Below, piece after piece: positions 53,201-64,000 of a stretch of 64,000 bases of DNA. Position 1 is the stretch's first letter; every line of letters starts with the position of its first letter. This DNA comes from Hormiphora californensis. Taxonomy: Eukaryota > Animalia > Ctenophora. The stretch covers positions 2,976,001 through 3,040,000 of the forward strand of contig CM035357.1 of NCBI GenBank assembly GCA_020137815.1, read 5' to 3'. A program made the translations under genes and the position numbers. The notes below the pieces were generated by a model. That model did not search any database. It had not been told where the DNA came from and worked only from the letters and a program-made list of their open reading frames with translations.

Positions 53201-56200
53201 CTAGCTAACTCTGAACAAGTTGATTATGGGGATAATGTGAAGCGAATTTCACTCAAACTAGACAGCACAAGATAGGTAGTTTAATGATTTAAATTATCAA
53301 AATTTGGCGTAGATTCTTAATTAACTTACGTCAAACTTAAATGTTTTCTGAAACGCACTTTCTTCGTGGGTCACACAGCTACCTACCAAACTACTAAACT
53401 ACTAAATTTACTATTCTAGCTAGCTACCACAAACACACAAAATTGAAACAATTTATTTCCAAATAAGTTAATTCAATTAATGTTTTTGATATCGGTTCAT
53501 AATTGAATCGATCGAGCTCTATCGGCACTCAACTGTAAACTACCAAACTTACTGTATGTATAAGTAGTAGCTACCATACCATACCATTCGTAACCAAAAT
53601 CCGACTTACCTTCCTCTAGTTTGGTGTTAAGAAAGCTTGATGCGGTGTCAGATATGGATCTATTCCCACCACCTGGACTCCCCAAACTCCCCCTACTAGC
53701 TGAGGGAGACAGGTAACTACCCCCTACCACAGGTGATGTCCCTCCTCCAAGGTGTCTGATTCCTGTAGTACTGCTGGTTGATATGGGACCCCTCCCTGCA
53801 GTACTGGTGGTTGATATGGCACCCCGTGAGGAGGATTTCTTGAGAGTACCATTTGTAGAGGTGGTGCTGGGAGCGGCTCGGGATGATTTCCGGGGGGAAA
53901 CTCCCGCTCCCTCACGGTATCTTATTTCCACCTGGGGGGAAATGGGGTTGGTACTCTCTGTTACTAACAGAAATTGGATAACAAAGGATGCTATAATTAC
54001 CACTTTTAACTCAAGGAAAATGGGGTAGAGACTCTCTAGTCTCTGTTAGAAAGTTGGGTAAAGGTCGATGTTGAGGTAAAAGTTATAATTATAGTTTGAA
54101 TATAATATATTCACTTCTAACTTCCATACCTACCTTGTCATATTATGTCAAGGTAGGTATGGAAGTTAGAAGTGGTACTATAGCTAGATTGAGTGACAAG
54201 TTATGGATACAGAGAAAGGGGCGTTGGCTGAGTAACATAATGAGATATGAGAGATAGTACATTATATAGGGGAGACTCTAGCGGATCGTTGAAGGTGCAA
54301 AGTGAAACATTTCAGAAATAATGACAACTTGATGATCTAATTCTTGAATTTTTCAATAATGTGAAGATATGGTAATGCTGCTGTTGCGTAACGAAGTTTG
54401 AATAAAAAGTGGGAATCATTTTCCGCATTTTGTAGTCATGGAAACCATGACACGCCATGCGTAACATGACCCGCTTTCAATTCCCATATCATGTCCTTAT
54501 GATTTCGCCAACCGCTTTGTGATCAAGAGATGACGTTTTATGTTTCTTAAAATACAGTCGGACCCCGATTTACCGGGATGCTCGGGGGAAAGGGGTTTGC
54601 CCGGTAAATCGGGGTGCCCGGTATATCGGGGCCAAATACCGTTAATTTCTTATATCGGGGGAAGTTTATCCTCCCGGTAAATCGGGGTTCCAGTAAATCG
54701 GGGGCCGGTAAATCGGGGTCCGACGTAAATCAATCCAAAAGATCTCATGGCATCAAAATTCTCATGGCATTAAAAAAGTATGTCTCGTCGCCAGGGGACC
54801 CGTCTAGGATGTCTCGCCTAATCCGACTATCAAAACTGTGACTCGAGATTTTAGGTACATTCCACTCAAGTAACTCTCTAACCCACAAAAATAATTATTT
54901 GTTGTTGACACTCACGTCACACCTAGAACTAGAAGGATGAGCATTATCGATTTATTTATCTAATCTGGACCGAGACTTGAAGTGACACGATCAGGTTGTA
55001 ATAATTGTGCTATGATATTATACTTGCCATACTACATGGCTATAACATCACGGTCAGTGCGAGGGTAACTCCCCTCACTTCGGCCTTGTGTGAGACAAGC
55101 TCAGGAACCGACCGACACAACAACCAATCAGAACTCGTTATTTAGGTCACGTGACTGGTTATCAGCCAATCAGGGACCAGTATTTCCTGATTCGGTCGGT
55201 TCCTGGACAAGCTGTAATACCTGTTTAACTTGGCGGAGTTTTAATCGGGTAAGGATCTTCATGGCTCGCTCGTGAGTTAGTCCTTGCAGAACGTGACCGT
55301 TTACTGACAGAATCTCATCGCCTGGTTGTAGAATGCCCTGACAAAGAGAGTGGGTAGAGAGAGGGAGAGAGAGGGGAGGAAGGGGTGAGAGAGGGAGTGG
55401 GAGCGGATAGAGAAAGGGAGGTAGAGAGAGGGAGTGGGAGCGGATAGAGGAAGGGAGGTAGAGAGGGGGAGCGGATAGAGAAAGGGAGGTAGAGAGAGGG
55501 AGTGGGAGCGGATAGAGGAAGGGAGGTAGAGAGGGGGAGTGGGAGCGGATAGAGAAAGGGAGGTAGAGAGGGGGAGTGGGAGCGGATAGAGGAAGGGAGG
55601 TAGAGAGAGGGAGCGGATAGAGAAAGGGAGGTAGAGAGAGGGAGTGGGAGCGGATAGAGGAAGGGAGGTAGAGAGGGGGAGTGGGAGCGGATAGAGAAAG
55701 GGAGGTAGAGAGGGGGAGTGGGAGCGGATAGAGGAAGGGAGGTAGAGAGAGGGAGTGGGAGCGGATAGAGGAAGGGAGGTAGAGAGGGGGAGCGGATAGA
55801 GAAAGGGAGGTAGAGAGAGAGGGGGAGATCATGCAGAGAGGGAGAAATCATTTCTTGGCATTGAACGAGTACCTACATGCCATGCATAGAGATAGAAGGT
55901 GGATAAAAAAAACAGCTTGTTATAATATTCAAACGGTATAATTTAGTACGGTAAATGGTTCCTTCAAATAAATATTAAAGAGGTAATACCAATTTGTTGA
56001 AAGTTTGGTCACGCAAAGAAGATTTTTAGTCAGCCTATCAAATTCCATCAAAGTTTTTTTATCAAACTCTCGAGACTATTACCTGCCGATGGACATCGCC
56101 ACCTTTTATAACAGAATCAATGTAAATACCAGGACCCTCCGTTTTGTTTGTTCCCCCACAAATACTCATACCTGAAAGCGAGATCAGGGTTAATGACTGG

Positions 56201-59200
56201 AAGAATAAAACCCAGAAATATAGTTTTCAACCACTTTTACTTAAAAATAAATATCTTGAGAGAAAGTTCAAAGTTTTCTCACCCAATCCAGTTCGATACT
56301 CGATGTTAACTATTTTAGGTCCTGCTGCATGACTTGCTGTTGATGCTGAAAGTTGAGAGACAGGAGATACCTGACCATCACTAGCAGTGGTATCCAGATC
56401 AGTGGTAGTGTGATGGTTGTTATGTTGCATCATATCACTTCTGGGGGGGAGGGGGGTGTCAGTAACTTTATTGTTGGGGAGATTTAACGAGCAAAACCCT
56501 TTCCCTGAGCATTCTGGTAAATTGGGGTCCAACTGTATCACATTTTAAAGGACTAACCTCTCTCATCATGGCAGTTTTATCCTGCCATCCTGGAGCCCAA
56601 AGGATTTCATGCATCATTGGTATAGAGAGATTTCACTCACCTGTGCCTAGGTCGAGATCTTGACAGGGTATGGTCATTATCGCTGACATTCAAACTCTGA
56701 ACTGAACCCGACAAGAGATTGTTACAGAGTCGGTGGTAACCCCGGTATGCCTCCGTGTCCCGTGAGCTGATGAGGGTTAAAATTCGCTGGGCGGAACACG
56801 CCCGAAGTAGAGAGACCGCTTTGGAGTTGGTTACACCGGCTAGCGGCCTTCCATTTACCTCGAGTAACTGGTCACCTAGTGGAGAGAGAGGTGTCAACTG
56901 TGATTCTACTGATCACCCTTAAATTATGATAATGACCAGTAGTGTGATGGTTATTATTTTGCATCCTTATGGAAATAGAAAGATGAAATGATACCTGCTT
57001 GGACACGTCCAGAAAGAGCGGCTAACCCCCCAGGCACAACATCCTTTACAAAAATCCCGTGATCCTCTCCTCTGGAACTCACACCACCAAATATCTTTAA
57101 TCCCAGTCCCTGGATGCGTGGGAAAATTAAGAAAGGTGTCAACTCGAGGCTTGCTTGACAAAAGTCATTTGCCAAGAAATACACGAAGCAGAATACCATG
57201 ACACTTGGACTGACAGGGAAGGATGCAAGATAAGGATATTATTCTATTCAAATATCTTTAATCCCAATCCCTGTAATATGCATGGGAAAATTAAGAAAGG
57301 TGTCAACTCGAGGCTTGCTTGACAAAAGTCATTTGCCAAGAAATACACGAAGCAGAATACCATGACACTTGGACTGACAGGGAAGGATGCAAGATAAGGA
57401 TATTATTCTATTCAAATATCTTTAATCCCAATCCCTGTAATATGCATGGGAAAATTAAGAAAGGTGTCAACTCGAGGCTTGCTTGACAAAAGTCATTTGC
57501 CAAGAAATACACGAAGCAGAATACCATGACACTTGGACTGACAGGGAAGGATGCAAGATAAGGATATTATTCTATTCAAATATCTTTAATCCCAATCCCT
57601 GTAATATGCGTTGGAAAATTAAGAAAGGTGTCAACTCGAGGCTTGCTTGACAAAAGTCATTTGCCAAGAAATACACGAAGCAGAATACCATGACACTTGG
57701 ACTGACAGGGAAGGATGCAAGATAAGGATGTCATTCTATTCAAGATAATATAATAATAATAATAATAATAATATGTCTATTTATATGCCGCCCTTACCTC
57801 ACAGGGCCAGGGTAGTAGAACTGACACTGACACTGAGAGGCGATCTGAGCGGTTACTTAAAGACGTATATCAAAAAATGGTAGGCCCAAAACACTGAATT
57901 AAACTGAATTAAACACTCTCGGCTCACATAACTGTCCAGATGAGATAACAGACTGATATAGATTGAAAAAAACGTCCACATTAGATGGTAGAAAATGTCT
58001 GTTAATATAACTTCCACTCGTGCTTCACTCGAAAAAATGCTGTAAAACGCCAATAAAAACCTTACCATGAGCGGTAAAACAGTACCAAAAGAAAATAAAT
58101 ACAAGCTAGGCGAAATACCTGATGAAAGCAGGAGAAACAAGGAACCTCATCCTCAGTTGGCTCCGAATGCTTCCACAAACAATCTTGTCTTTAACCTCGA
58201 CTTGAACAGATCCACTGACTCAACTGATCGAAGCTCCAGGGGGAGCTCATTCCACACTTCAGGTAGGAAAACAGACGGTCTCCTCCTTCTCAACTTGGAG
58301 TTGGCATTAATACTAGAAAGCTTAGGGTACTTAAGCTTGTAGTGATCAGGCGTTGCAGTTCCACGAGTGGTTCGAACAGCCTCCAAGTCTTCAACTGGTA
58401 CTTGGTCACAGAGATAATCCGGGGCTAGGTTATGAACAATTTTAAACGCCATCAAACATGCCTTGAACTCCACACGCTGCTCCATAGGAAGGATATGGGT
58501 GTCCTTAAGATACTGAGAATAGTCATCTTGGTGTCCATGAAGGTTATAGATGAACCTCACACACGAGTTCAATGTCCTCTGAAGGCTTTCAAGAAGCTTC
58601 TTTGGCAATCCAGCGTATAGGATGTTGCAATAGTCAAGCCGAGAAACAATCAGTTGCTTGACCAGGAGGATTTTAGTAGGAATATCCAGGCTGCGATTCA
58701 CCTGCCACAGGTTCTTCAAGAGCATTCCACACTGCCTCTTCACACTGTTTACCTGTCTCTCCATAGAAAGATTCGTGTCCAAGTAAACCCCAAGTGTTTT
58801 TCCTGTCTTTCCTGTACACTCCATCGGAGAAATCTCCACACCACCAAAATCCACAGTAGGCACAAATTCCATCTTATTCAGGGCACTGCTCTTTCCAAGA
58901 AGCAGGAACTCAGTTTTCGCTTCATTACATTTAAGCCAGTGATTGTTCATCCACGCCTTCACACTAGACAAACACTCCTCAATCCTCGTTTTGGCCAGTT
59001 TCCAGTTATCCTCATCCGTAGGTACAAGACTAATGTAAAGTTGGGAGTCATCCGCATACAACTTGATCCGAAGACCATACGGTTTGACCAAATCCTGGAG
59101 CTCTTCAATATACAACAGGAACAAGACAGGCCCCAGTAGAGATCCCTGGGGAACTCCACAAACCAGCTCAATAATCCTCGAAAGTTCTCCACCGACGTTG

Positions 59201-60707
59201 ACCCTGAAATTCCGCGACTGAAGATAGCTAGAAAACCACTTTAGGGCAGACCCACATACTCCAAACCTCCTCTCAAGTACATCCTTCAGCTTCCCATGAT
59301 CCACTGTGTCAAAGGCAGCGCTCATATCAAGGAGAAAGAGGCCAATGACATTACCCTTATCCACTTCTTGAAGAAGATCATCAAACATTCCCATGAGAAG
59401 GGTCTCGCAGCTATGACCAACCCTGTAACCAGATTGGTGTTTATTCAAAAGTGCATTAGTGGTGAGATAAGCATTGAGTTGCTCAAGAACTACCTTCTCC
59501 AGAAGTTTGGAGATAAACGACAAATTAGACACCGGTCGGTAGTTCGTCAGAGAATCCTTGTCTCCATAGGAATTCTTGATCGTTGGAAACACCACTGCCT
59601 GCTGAAGCATCTTAGGCACATCAGCATGTGTAAGCGACAGATTAATAATCCTCATAAGAACTGGAGCCAGTTCCTCAAGACAGCCCTTGACCAACCACGT
59701 AGGTACTACGTCAAGATCACAAGTCTTATCTGGCATGTCCTTAACCGTCCTAATAAGCTCATCCACAGAGATTTCCTCAAATTCCTCAAGGTAGGACTGG
59801 AGAACATGTGTCTCCTCTTTTCTAAGCTGTAGGTGATTCCGCTCCTCTCTGACAGTTGTCCGAATATCCTCAACCTTCCCATGGAAATAATCTGCAAAAT
59901 CCTCAGCCAGTTTCTGTTTGTTTCCAGTTTCCGGTAATAACGTCTCACTTTTACCAAGGAGACGATCAAGCTTTCTCTGAAGGGCTTTAGGATCATCTCT
60001 CGACTGCTCCAAGTCGTCTTTAACATATTCCATCCTCGCATTCTTATCCACCCGTCCAAACTGTCTCTTGAGATCATTGAACTGTTTCTTCGTCAAGGGT
60101 GTCTTGTTCCCTAATTCCCAAGCACGCTCTGCTCGCCGCCGTTCACGAAGAACCTTGAGCACCTCTGGATTGTTTCTCCATGGCTTGTCCTTCTTGCCCT
60201 TTTTTCTTCTCCTCTTAAGAGGGACTGTTTTGTCAACGAAGTCCTCCATTACACTGACGAATATTTCCAAGGCACGTTCCGGGCAATCCGAGTTTAATAC
60301 ATCAGTCCAGTCCACAGTTTGCAAGGCACACCGAAACATCTCCACATCAATTCCTTTAAAATCTCTGTACATCTCCACCTGCTCCCGTGACTTATAGTCT
60401 CCACTAGGTGTATCAATCCACAGTTCCGCTAAGACCAGATAATGGTCAGAAGTAGTTCCTTCAGGGAAGATTTCCACCGACGTTAATAAATATAATAAAT
60501 AAAATGTTAAATGATAAATAATTTAGGCCTATTATAGGTATTATACCTTGAATTGTTCATACTTTCTTTTTATTATACGGAGCACGGCGAGTGACGACTA
60601 AAAGTATACCTTACCTGTGTGCAATCATGAAAGTCTACGACATCAACAATTCGTGTTGGAAACCGATCCAGCACCCCATTACTGGCACCTTCCTTCACAG
60701 TGGGCAT
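50255..60707 (-). CDS. STXBP4: Syntaxin-binding protein 4 (Synip)-like: two PDZ domains, EF-hand-like region, coiled coil, C-terminal WW
   Basis: Exon 1 60707-60615 (..FHDCTQ) joins 57109-56995 (GLGLKIFGG..). Second PDZ GLGMSICGGTNKTEGPGIYI..GILQPGDEILSVNG..ILTRLKLR; EF-like DKLVVALQYLGYNPTPEQ; terminal LPQGWEEAFTEDGAKYYVNHLTQSTSWDRP. Confidence 0.85.
51639..51842. repeat. Two abutting perfect spacer-free palindromes (156 bp and 48 bp)
   Basis: Centres GTC|GAC at 51716/17 and CGA|TCG at 51818/19. Confidence 0.92.
55102..55205 (+). mobile_element. hAT-like MITE with 8-bp TSD GACAAGCT
   Basis: Intact TIRs; lies ~15 nt inside an STXBP4 intron. Confidence 0.9.
55345..55826. repeat. Purine-rich ~30-37-bp minisatellite abutting an STXBP4 acceptor
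   Basis: GGGAGCGGATAGAG(A/G)AAGGGAGGTAGAGAG units. Confidence 0.9.
57089..57742. repeat. ~164-bp tandem repeat (four units) duplicating the STXBP4 exon-2 acceptor and first ~21 coding nt
   Basis: ATATCTTTAATCCCA recurs at 57091, 57252, 57416 and 57580. Confidence 0.92.
57743..60480 (-). mobile_element. 5'-truncated L2/CR1-group LINE in STXBP4 intron 1
   Basis: (TTA)n 3' tail at ~57743-57772; the ORF begins inside the endonuclease (SDH motif). Confidence 0.9.
58153..60477 (-). CDS. Reverse transcriptase ORF2 (N-truncated)
   Basis: NYRPVSNL, LDMSAAFDTVDH, GVPQGSLLGP, YADDSQLY, SRLDYCN; uninterrupted frame. Confidence 0.92.
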   Translation of the reverse strand: MEIFPEGTTSDHYLVLAELWIDTPSGDYKSREQVEMYRDFKGIDVEMFRCALQTVDWTDVLNSDCPERALEIFVSVMEDFVDKTVPLKRRRKKGKKDKPWRNNPEVLKVLRERRRAERAWELGNKTPLTKKQFNDLKRQFGRVDKNARMEYVKDDLEQSRDDPKALQRKLDRLLGKSETLLPETGNKQKLAEDFADYFHGKVEDIRTTVREERNHLQLRKEETHVLQSYLEEFEEISVDELIRTVKDMPDKTCDLDVVPTWLVKGCLEELAPVLMRIINLSLTHADVPKMLQQAVVFPTIKNSYGDKDSLTNYRPVSNLSFISKLLEKVVLEQLNAYLTTNALLNKHQSGYRVGHSCETLLMGMFDDLLQEVDKGNVIGLFLLDMSAAFDTVDHGKLKDVLERRFGVCGSALKWFSSYLQSRNFRVNVGGELSRIIELVCGVPQGSLLGPVLFLLYIEELQDLVKPYGLRIKLYADDSQLYISLVPTDEDNWKLAKTRIEECLSSVKAWMNNHWLKCNEAKTEFLLLGKSSALNKMEFVPTVDFGGVEISPMECTGKTGKTLGVYLDTNLSMERQVNSVKRQCGMLLKNLWQVNRSLDIPTKILLVKQLIVSRLDYCNILYAGLPKKLLESLQRTLNSCVRFIYNLHGHQDDYSQYLKDTHILPMEQRVEFKACLMAFKIVHNLAPDYLCDQVPVEDLEAVRTTRGTATPDHYKLKYPKLSSINANSKLRRRRPSVFLPEVWNELPLELRSVESVDLFKSRLKTRLFVEAFGAN

Positions 60708-61768
60708 ATCCACAATAGTGCCCTATATAGCTGATAACAGAAGGAAAGTGGGTCAAAGATATGCTAAAAAATGTTAAAAACAGCTGCAAACAAAAAGTTT
60801 CTTTGGCAAAGGGAGGATGTTTGAGTGTCATGTGTGGACTGTGGAACACGAATAGATATAAAGAATTTGTCAGGCCAATGCTCTGACCACAGTTCTCGCG
60901 CGAGAATGGGTCAGGCCAATGCTATGACAGTAAAGAATGCAATACTGGGAAGTGGGAAGTGAAACATTTATGCAAACACTAAAGGCATTGGAACCCCTAG
61001 CTAGCTGGGGTATAGATACCAAAATAAACCCGGAACACATTTGGAAGTTAGAGAGCAACGCCGCAACGGGGAGCTAAGAAGTAGAGACAGCAGGCAGGAA
61101 TTCGAAAAGGAGAGCTGCAGATAGTAGAACAAATAGCTGCAGACAGCAGGTATTGGAGAGAGACCATACCCCTGCACTCTGCAGGTCTGCAGCATCTGCA
61201 GAGTAGCAAATGGCCTGCCTCGATCGTTCTCTCTCTGCAGCATATATAAGGGGAGGAAGTACATTATCTGCTTCTTCAGAGGGAGGGAGGGTGGGAACAA
61301 AGAAGCAAGCAAGGTTTGGGTGTCACCTTTCTAGTGGACAATGGGTAAAAACAATGCGAGGGGGGTCTGATACCCACCCACGAGCTTGTGCAAAAGAGCC
61401 CGCTACACACTACTCTGTCACACACATAGGAGCACTAGCCAACAGTATCCCCATAGCAACGCAAATTAGGATAGAGTTACATAGCTTTCTTCTTGTAACT
61501 CTCTCTCTCTACTATATTCCTTCCTCTATCTCTCTCGTTCTCTCTCCACTCCCCAGTGGCTGACTCGCCGTCATCAGACAGAAACAGATACCGGAAGAGG
61601 CAGCTACTACTAGACGCATAAGAGGCGGAGTTAAAAACAAGTCATAGACGTCGCTCAGTAAAACGAAAAGAGATAGGACTAGAGGAGGAGAAGTATGCAT
61701 GAGAATATTGCTTGTCAGTGTTGCTTACATTGTACACTAATATACACAGTACACATCGCGTGAGAAGA

Positions 61769-61771
<3 letters not shown>

Positions 61772-61834
<63 letters not shown>

Positions 61835-61941
61835 AGAGAGCCAGAGAGAGAGAGCCAGAGAGAGAGAGAGAGCCACAGAGAGAGAGCCAGAGAGAGAGAG
61901 GGAGCCAGAGAGAGAGCCAGAGAGCCAGAGAGCCAGAGAGA
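61772..61941. repeat. (GA)n / GAGAGCCA microsatellite
   Basis: Directly visible. Confidence 0.9.
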
Positions 61942-63003
61942 TTGTATGGCTGCGGTGGAACATGACAAGCATCAAGTGCCAGGTATTATAGAAAACTACA
62001 TGGAATGCTGATTGCGGGACCGCATGAGTGTGAACGAGGTATTTGGAAAGCAGACGAATGAACACCACCTCGCTGATGATCTCAATACTGATACATGAAG
62101 GTGCGAAGCAAACCCCAAACAAACTAAACTATTGCGGGAAGAGAAAAGGGTTGTTGAGTAAGGGGTGGGACTCAACAAGAAACGAGGTGGGTGACCTGTC
62201 AGAGCATTGGCCTGACCCATTCTCGTTTCTCTCAAGAGAACTGTGGTCAGAGCATTGGCCAATGGCCTGACAGTGGGTGACTCAACAACAACTATTGCGG
62301 GAAGGGAAAAGTATACTGTTGCGGGAAGAGAAAAGGGATCACACTGATCTTGTGGTACGGGACATTCCATTCTCCGTGAGAGATCTCTGGGCCTAATATA
62401 ATCATTGTTTGAAGGACCTCTAATCTTGGGATATATCCACATATTTATTGTGGGCAGATTATAAATCCGGCATCCATATGAAGAATCGTTGTAGGTAATC
62501 TATCTTGGAACATAAATCAGAAGTGGATGTTTTCCTGAATGAAAATGATTTGATAGGAAAGTGAAAAAATTTCAATATGATCAGTGACCAAATTGTGTCT
62601 GCTTCCACAACATTGCCTCCTCTCGACAGTGCCCAGTGTTTTACACATTTTACGGGAGTTCACACTTTACCTTTGATAAGGTACACGTGGTCCCCATTGG
62701 ACGCTCCAAACTTGTCTCATATAAGACTGTCCTCTCCGCACCGGGCCGTGTAGTATATCTCGTGTTCGCGATGTATAACAGTCAGTGCCTGACAACTCCA
62801 AACGGGGCGCTCGTGAGATCCTGGGAAGAGGCAAGCACGTTACCAAAAGTGAGCATATGATAAACACTGCCAAACATCACGGTAATAATTGCACATCTGC
62901 AGTAGAATCACTGTCACAATCAACCAGCTGCGTAGATACGATATTCACTTCTCAATTTGTGTTCAATTGTTACTATTCTCGAATAGTTTTTGAAGCTGAT
63001 GCA

Positions 63004-64000
63004 ATGGACAAGACAGGAAACAGTTGCAGAATTTCAGCGTCTTTTGTGACATCTTCACTAAGCAATGAAGTTGTTACTTTTTCTCCTCGAAAAGAGTTCG
63101 GTGGATTTGCTTGGCAGATAGGATCGCTACTGAAGGATGGAGATGTTGAAGTTACCCTAACTTGTGAACCAACGGAAACCACACCAGATCTAGAAGAATG
63201 GGTCTGCAAAGCAACAATCGATGTGACTGAAACTACATCTGGACTGATGAAAAAACAAACATTCCGGTTTAATGCTGATTCACCCACTACAGATGCTATT
63301 CTTGTGAACAGCGTGGCCTTGACCGAAAATTTTACCATTCAAGTCAGCCTTCTTGTCGAACTAAGTGTTGTAGCTAGATCAATGGCTCCGGTGCTATACA
63401 ATCAAGTTTATTTCAGTCGGCTATTAAGGGATTTTCCAATTTCCTTTAATTGTACTAATAGTACACCAACGCAGCTAGTACGTATCAGATTCGAAAAAAA
63501 TGGTGAAACATGTGAAATCATGGGATGTAGATCTCCTGATAACCTGTTTTTAAGTTTCTCGACCGAAAAAGAAGATCGTAAAGCGACCAGTAACAGTAAA
63601 CTTATAATAATTTTGATACACGACAAGGCAAATGAAACCGTAAGATCGAAGTTGGAAAGTGTGGATTCGGGTGTGAATATCGTTTTCGAGAACATTAGAG
63701 ATTTTAGTGAACAGTCAGTGATCACATTTGTTATACTAGACCAACAATCTCAACTGGATGTCGAACATTCCAGGCCATTCAACTTTGGGAGAGATAACAT
63801 TTCTACTTCAGCCCACGGAAATGCCGGCTTTATCCTGAGAGACAGCACCACCATTCCTTTAAACTCCTACATTCTGGCGTATAATTCTCCAGTGCTAAAG
63901 AATCTAATCGAAGAGGTGGGGGAGAAAGACCACGATGTTACCGACTTTGAACCTGCATCAGTTCGAATTTTCGTTGATGCTTGTTACTCGGGAAGTCTGG
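63004..64000 (+). CDS. Intronless MATH-like plus BTB/POZ domain protein, runs off the window end
   Basis: Frame is open from 62779 (alternative ATG at 62857) to the end. SPRKEFGGFAWQI...LTCEP...EWVCKATI (MATH-like) and LRDSTTIPLNSYILAYNSPVLKNLI...DFEPASVRIFVDACYSG (BTB). Absent from the ORF track because it has no stop. Confidence 0.7.
   Translation, partial: MDKTGNSCRISASFVTSSLSNEVVTFSPRKEFGGFAWQIGSLLKDGDVEVTLTCEPTETTPDLEEWVCKATIDVTETTSGLMKKQTFRFNADSPTTDAILVNSVALTENFTIQVSLLVELSVVARSMAPVLYNQVYFSRLLRDFPISFNCTNSTPTQLVRIRFEKNGETCEIMGCRSPDNLFLSFSTEKEDRKATSNSKLIIILIHDKANETVRSKLESVDSGVNIVFENIRDFSEQSVITFVILDQQSQLDVEHSRPFNFGRDNISTSAHGNAGFILRDSTTIPLNSYILAYNSPVLKNLIEEVGEKDHDVTDFEPASVRIFVDACYSGSL

Noticed and set aside
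55102-55222. MITE disrupting an STXBP4 coding exon, as the 55170-55832 ORF suggests
   Set aside because: The exon more plausibly ends at AAACAG|GTATTA and joins VEIRYR in frame, leaving the MITE intronic.

Overview
Eukaryotic (animal) genomic DNA, rich in introns and transposons, not prokaryotic. It is most likely a ctenophore such as Pleurobrachia; this is inferred from a ~105-bp MITE whose translation NRPNQEILVPDWLITSHVT / EPT..KQPIRTRYLGHVTGYQPIR I recall recurring in Pleurobrachia gene models. Manual GT-AG exon assembly, mostly invisible to the ORF track, gives nine genes: a HeH/LEM-like tail-anchored membrane protein; a SAM-dependent methyltransferase broken by a frameshift and a MITE in an exon; a secreted F-type-lectin-like protein; two divergently transcribed paralogous secreted single-CUB proteins; a class A GPCR; a multi-Ig type I membrane protein; STXBP4 (2 PDZ, EF-hand-like, coiled coil, WW); and an intronless MATH-like/BTB ORF running off the end. 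Mobile DNA includes a full-length single-ORF LOA/Lian-type LINE with TSD, a 5'-truncated L2/CR1-type LINE, a Foldback/Mutator-like element, several MITE families (TA, TAA, 8-bp and 9-bp TSDs) and a Helentron-like HINE. The most unusual signals are: (i) tandem repeats repeatedly seeded on splice sites, producing arrays of decoy acceptors and donors; (ii) abutting double palindromes of A-A'-B'-B form; (iii) a direct-inverted-direct HINE triplication carrying an exon fragment; (iv) the head-to-head CUB gene pair. All family calls are from motif recognition; no database searches were run.
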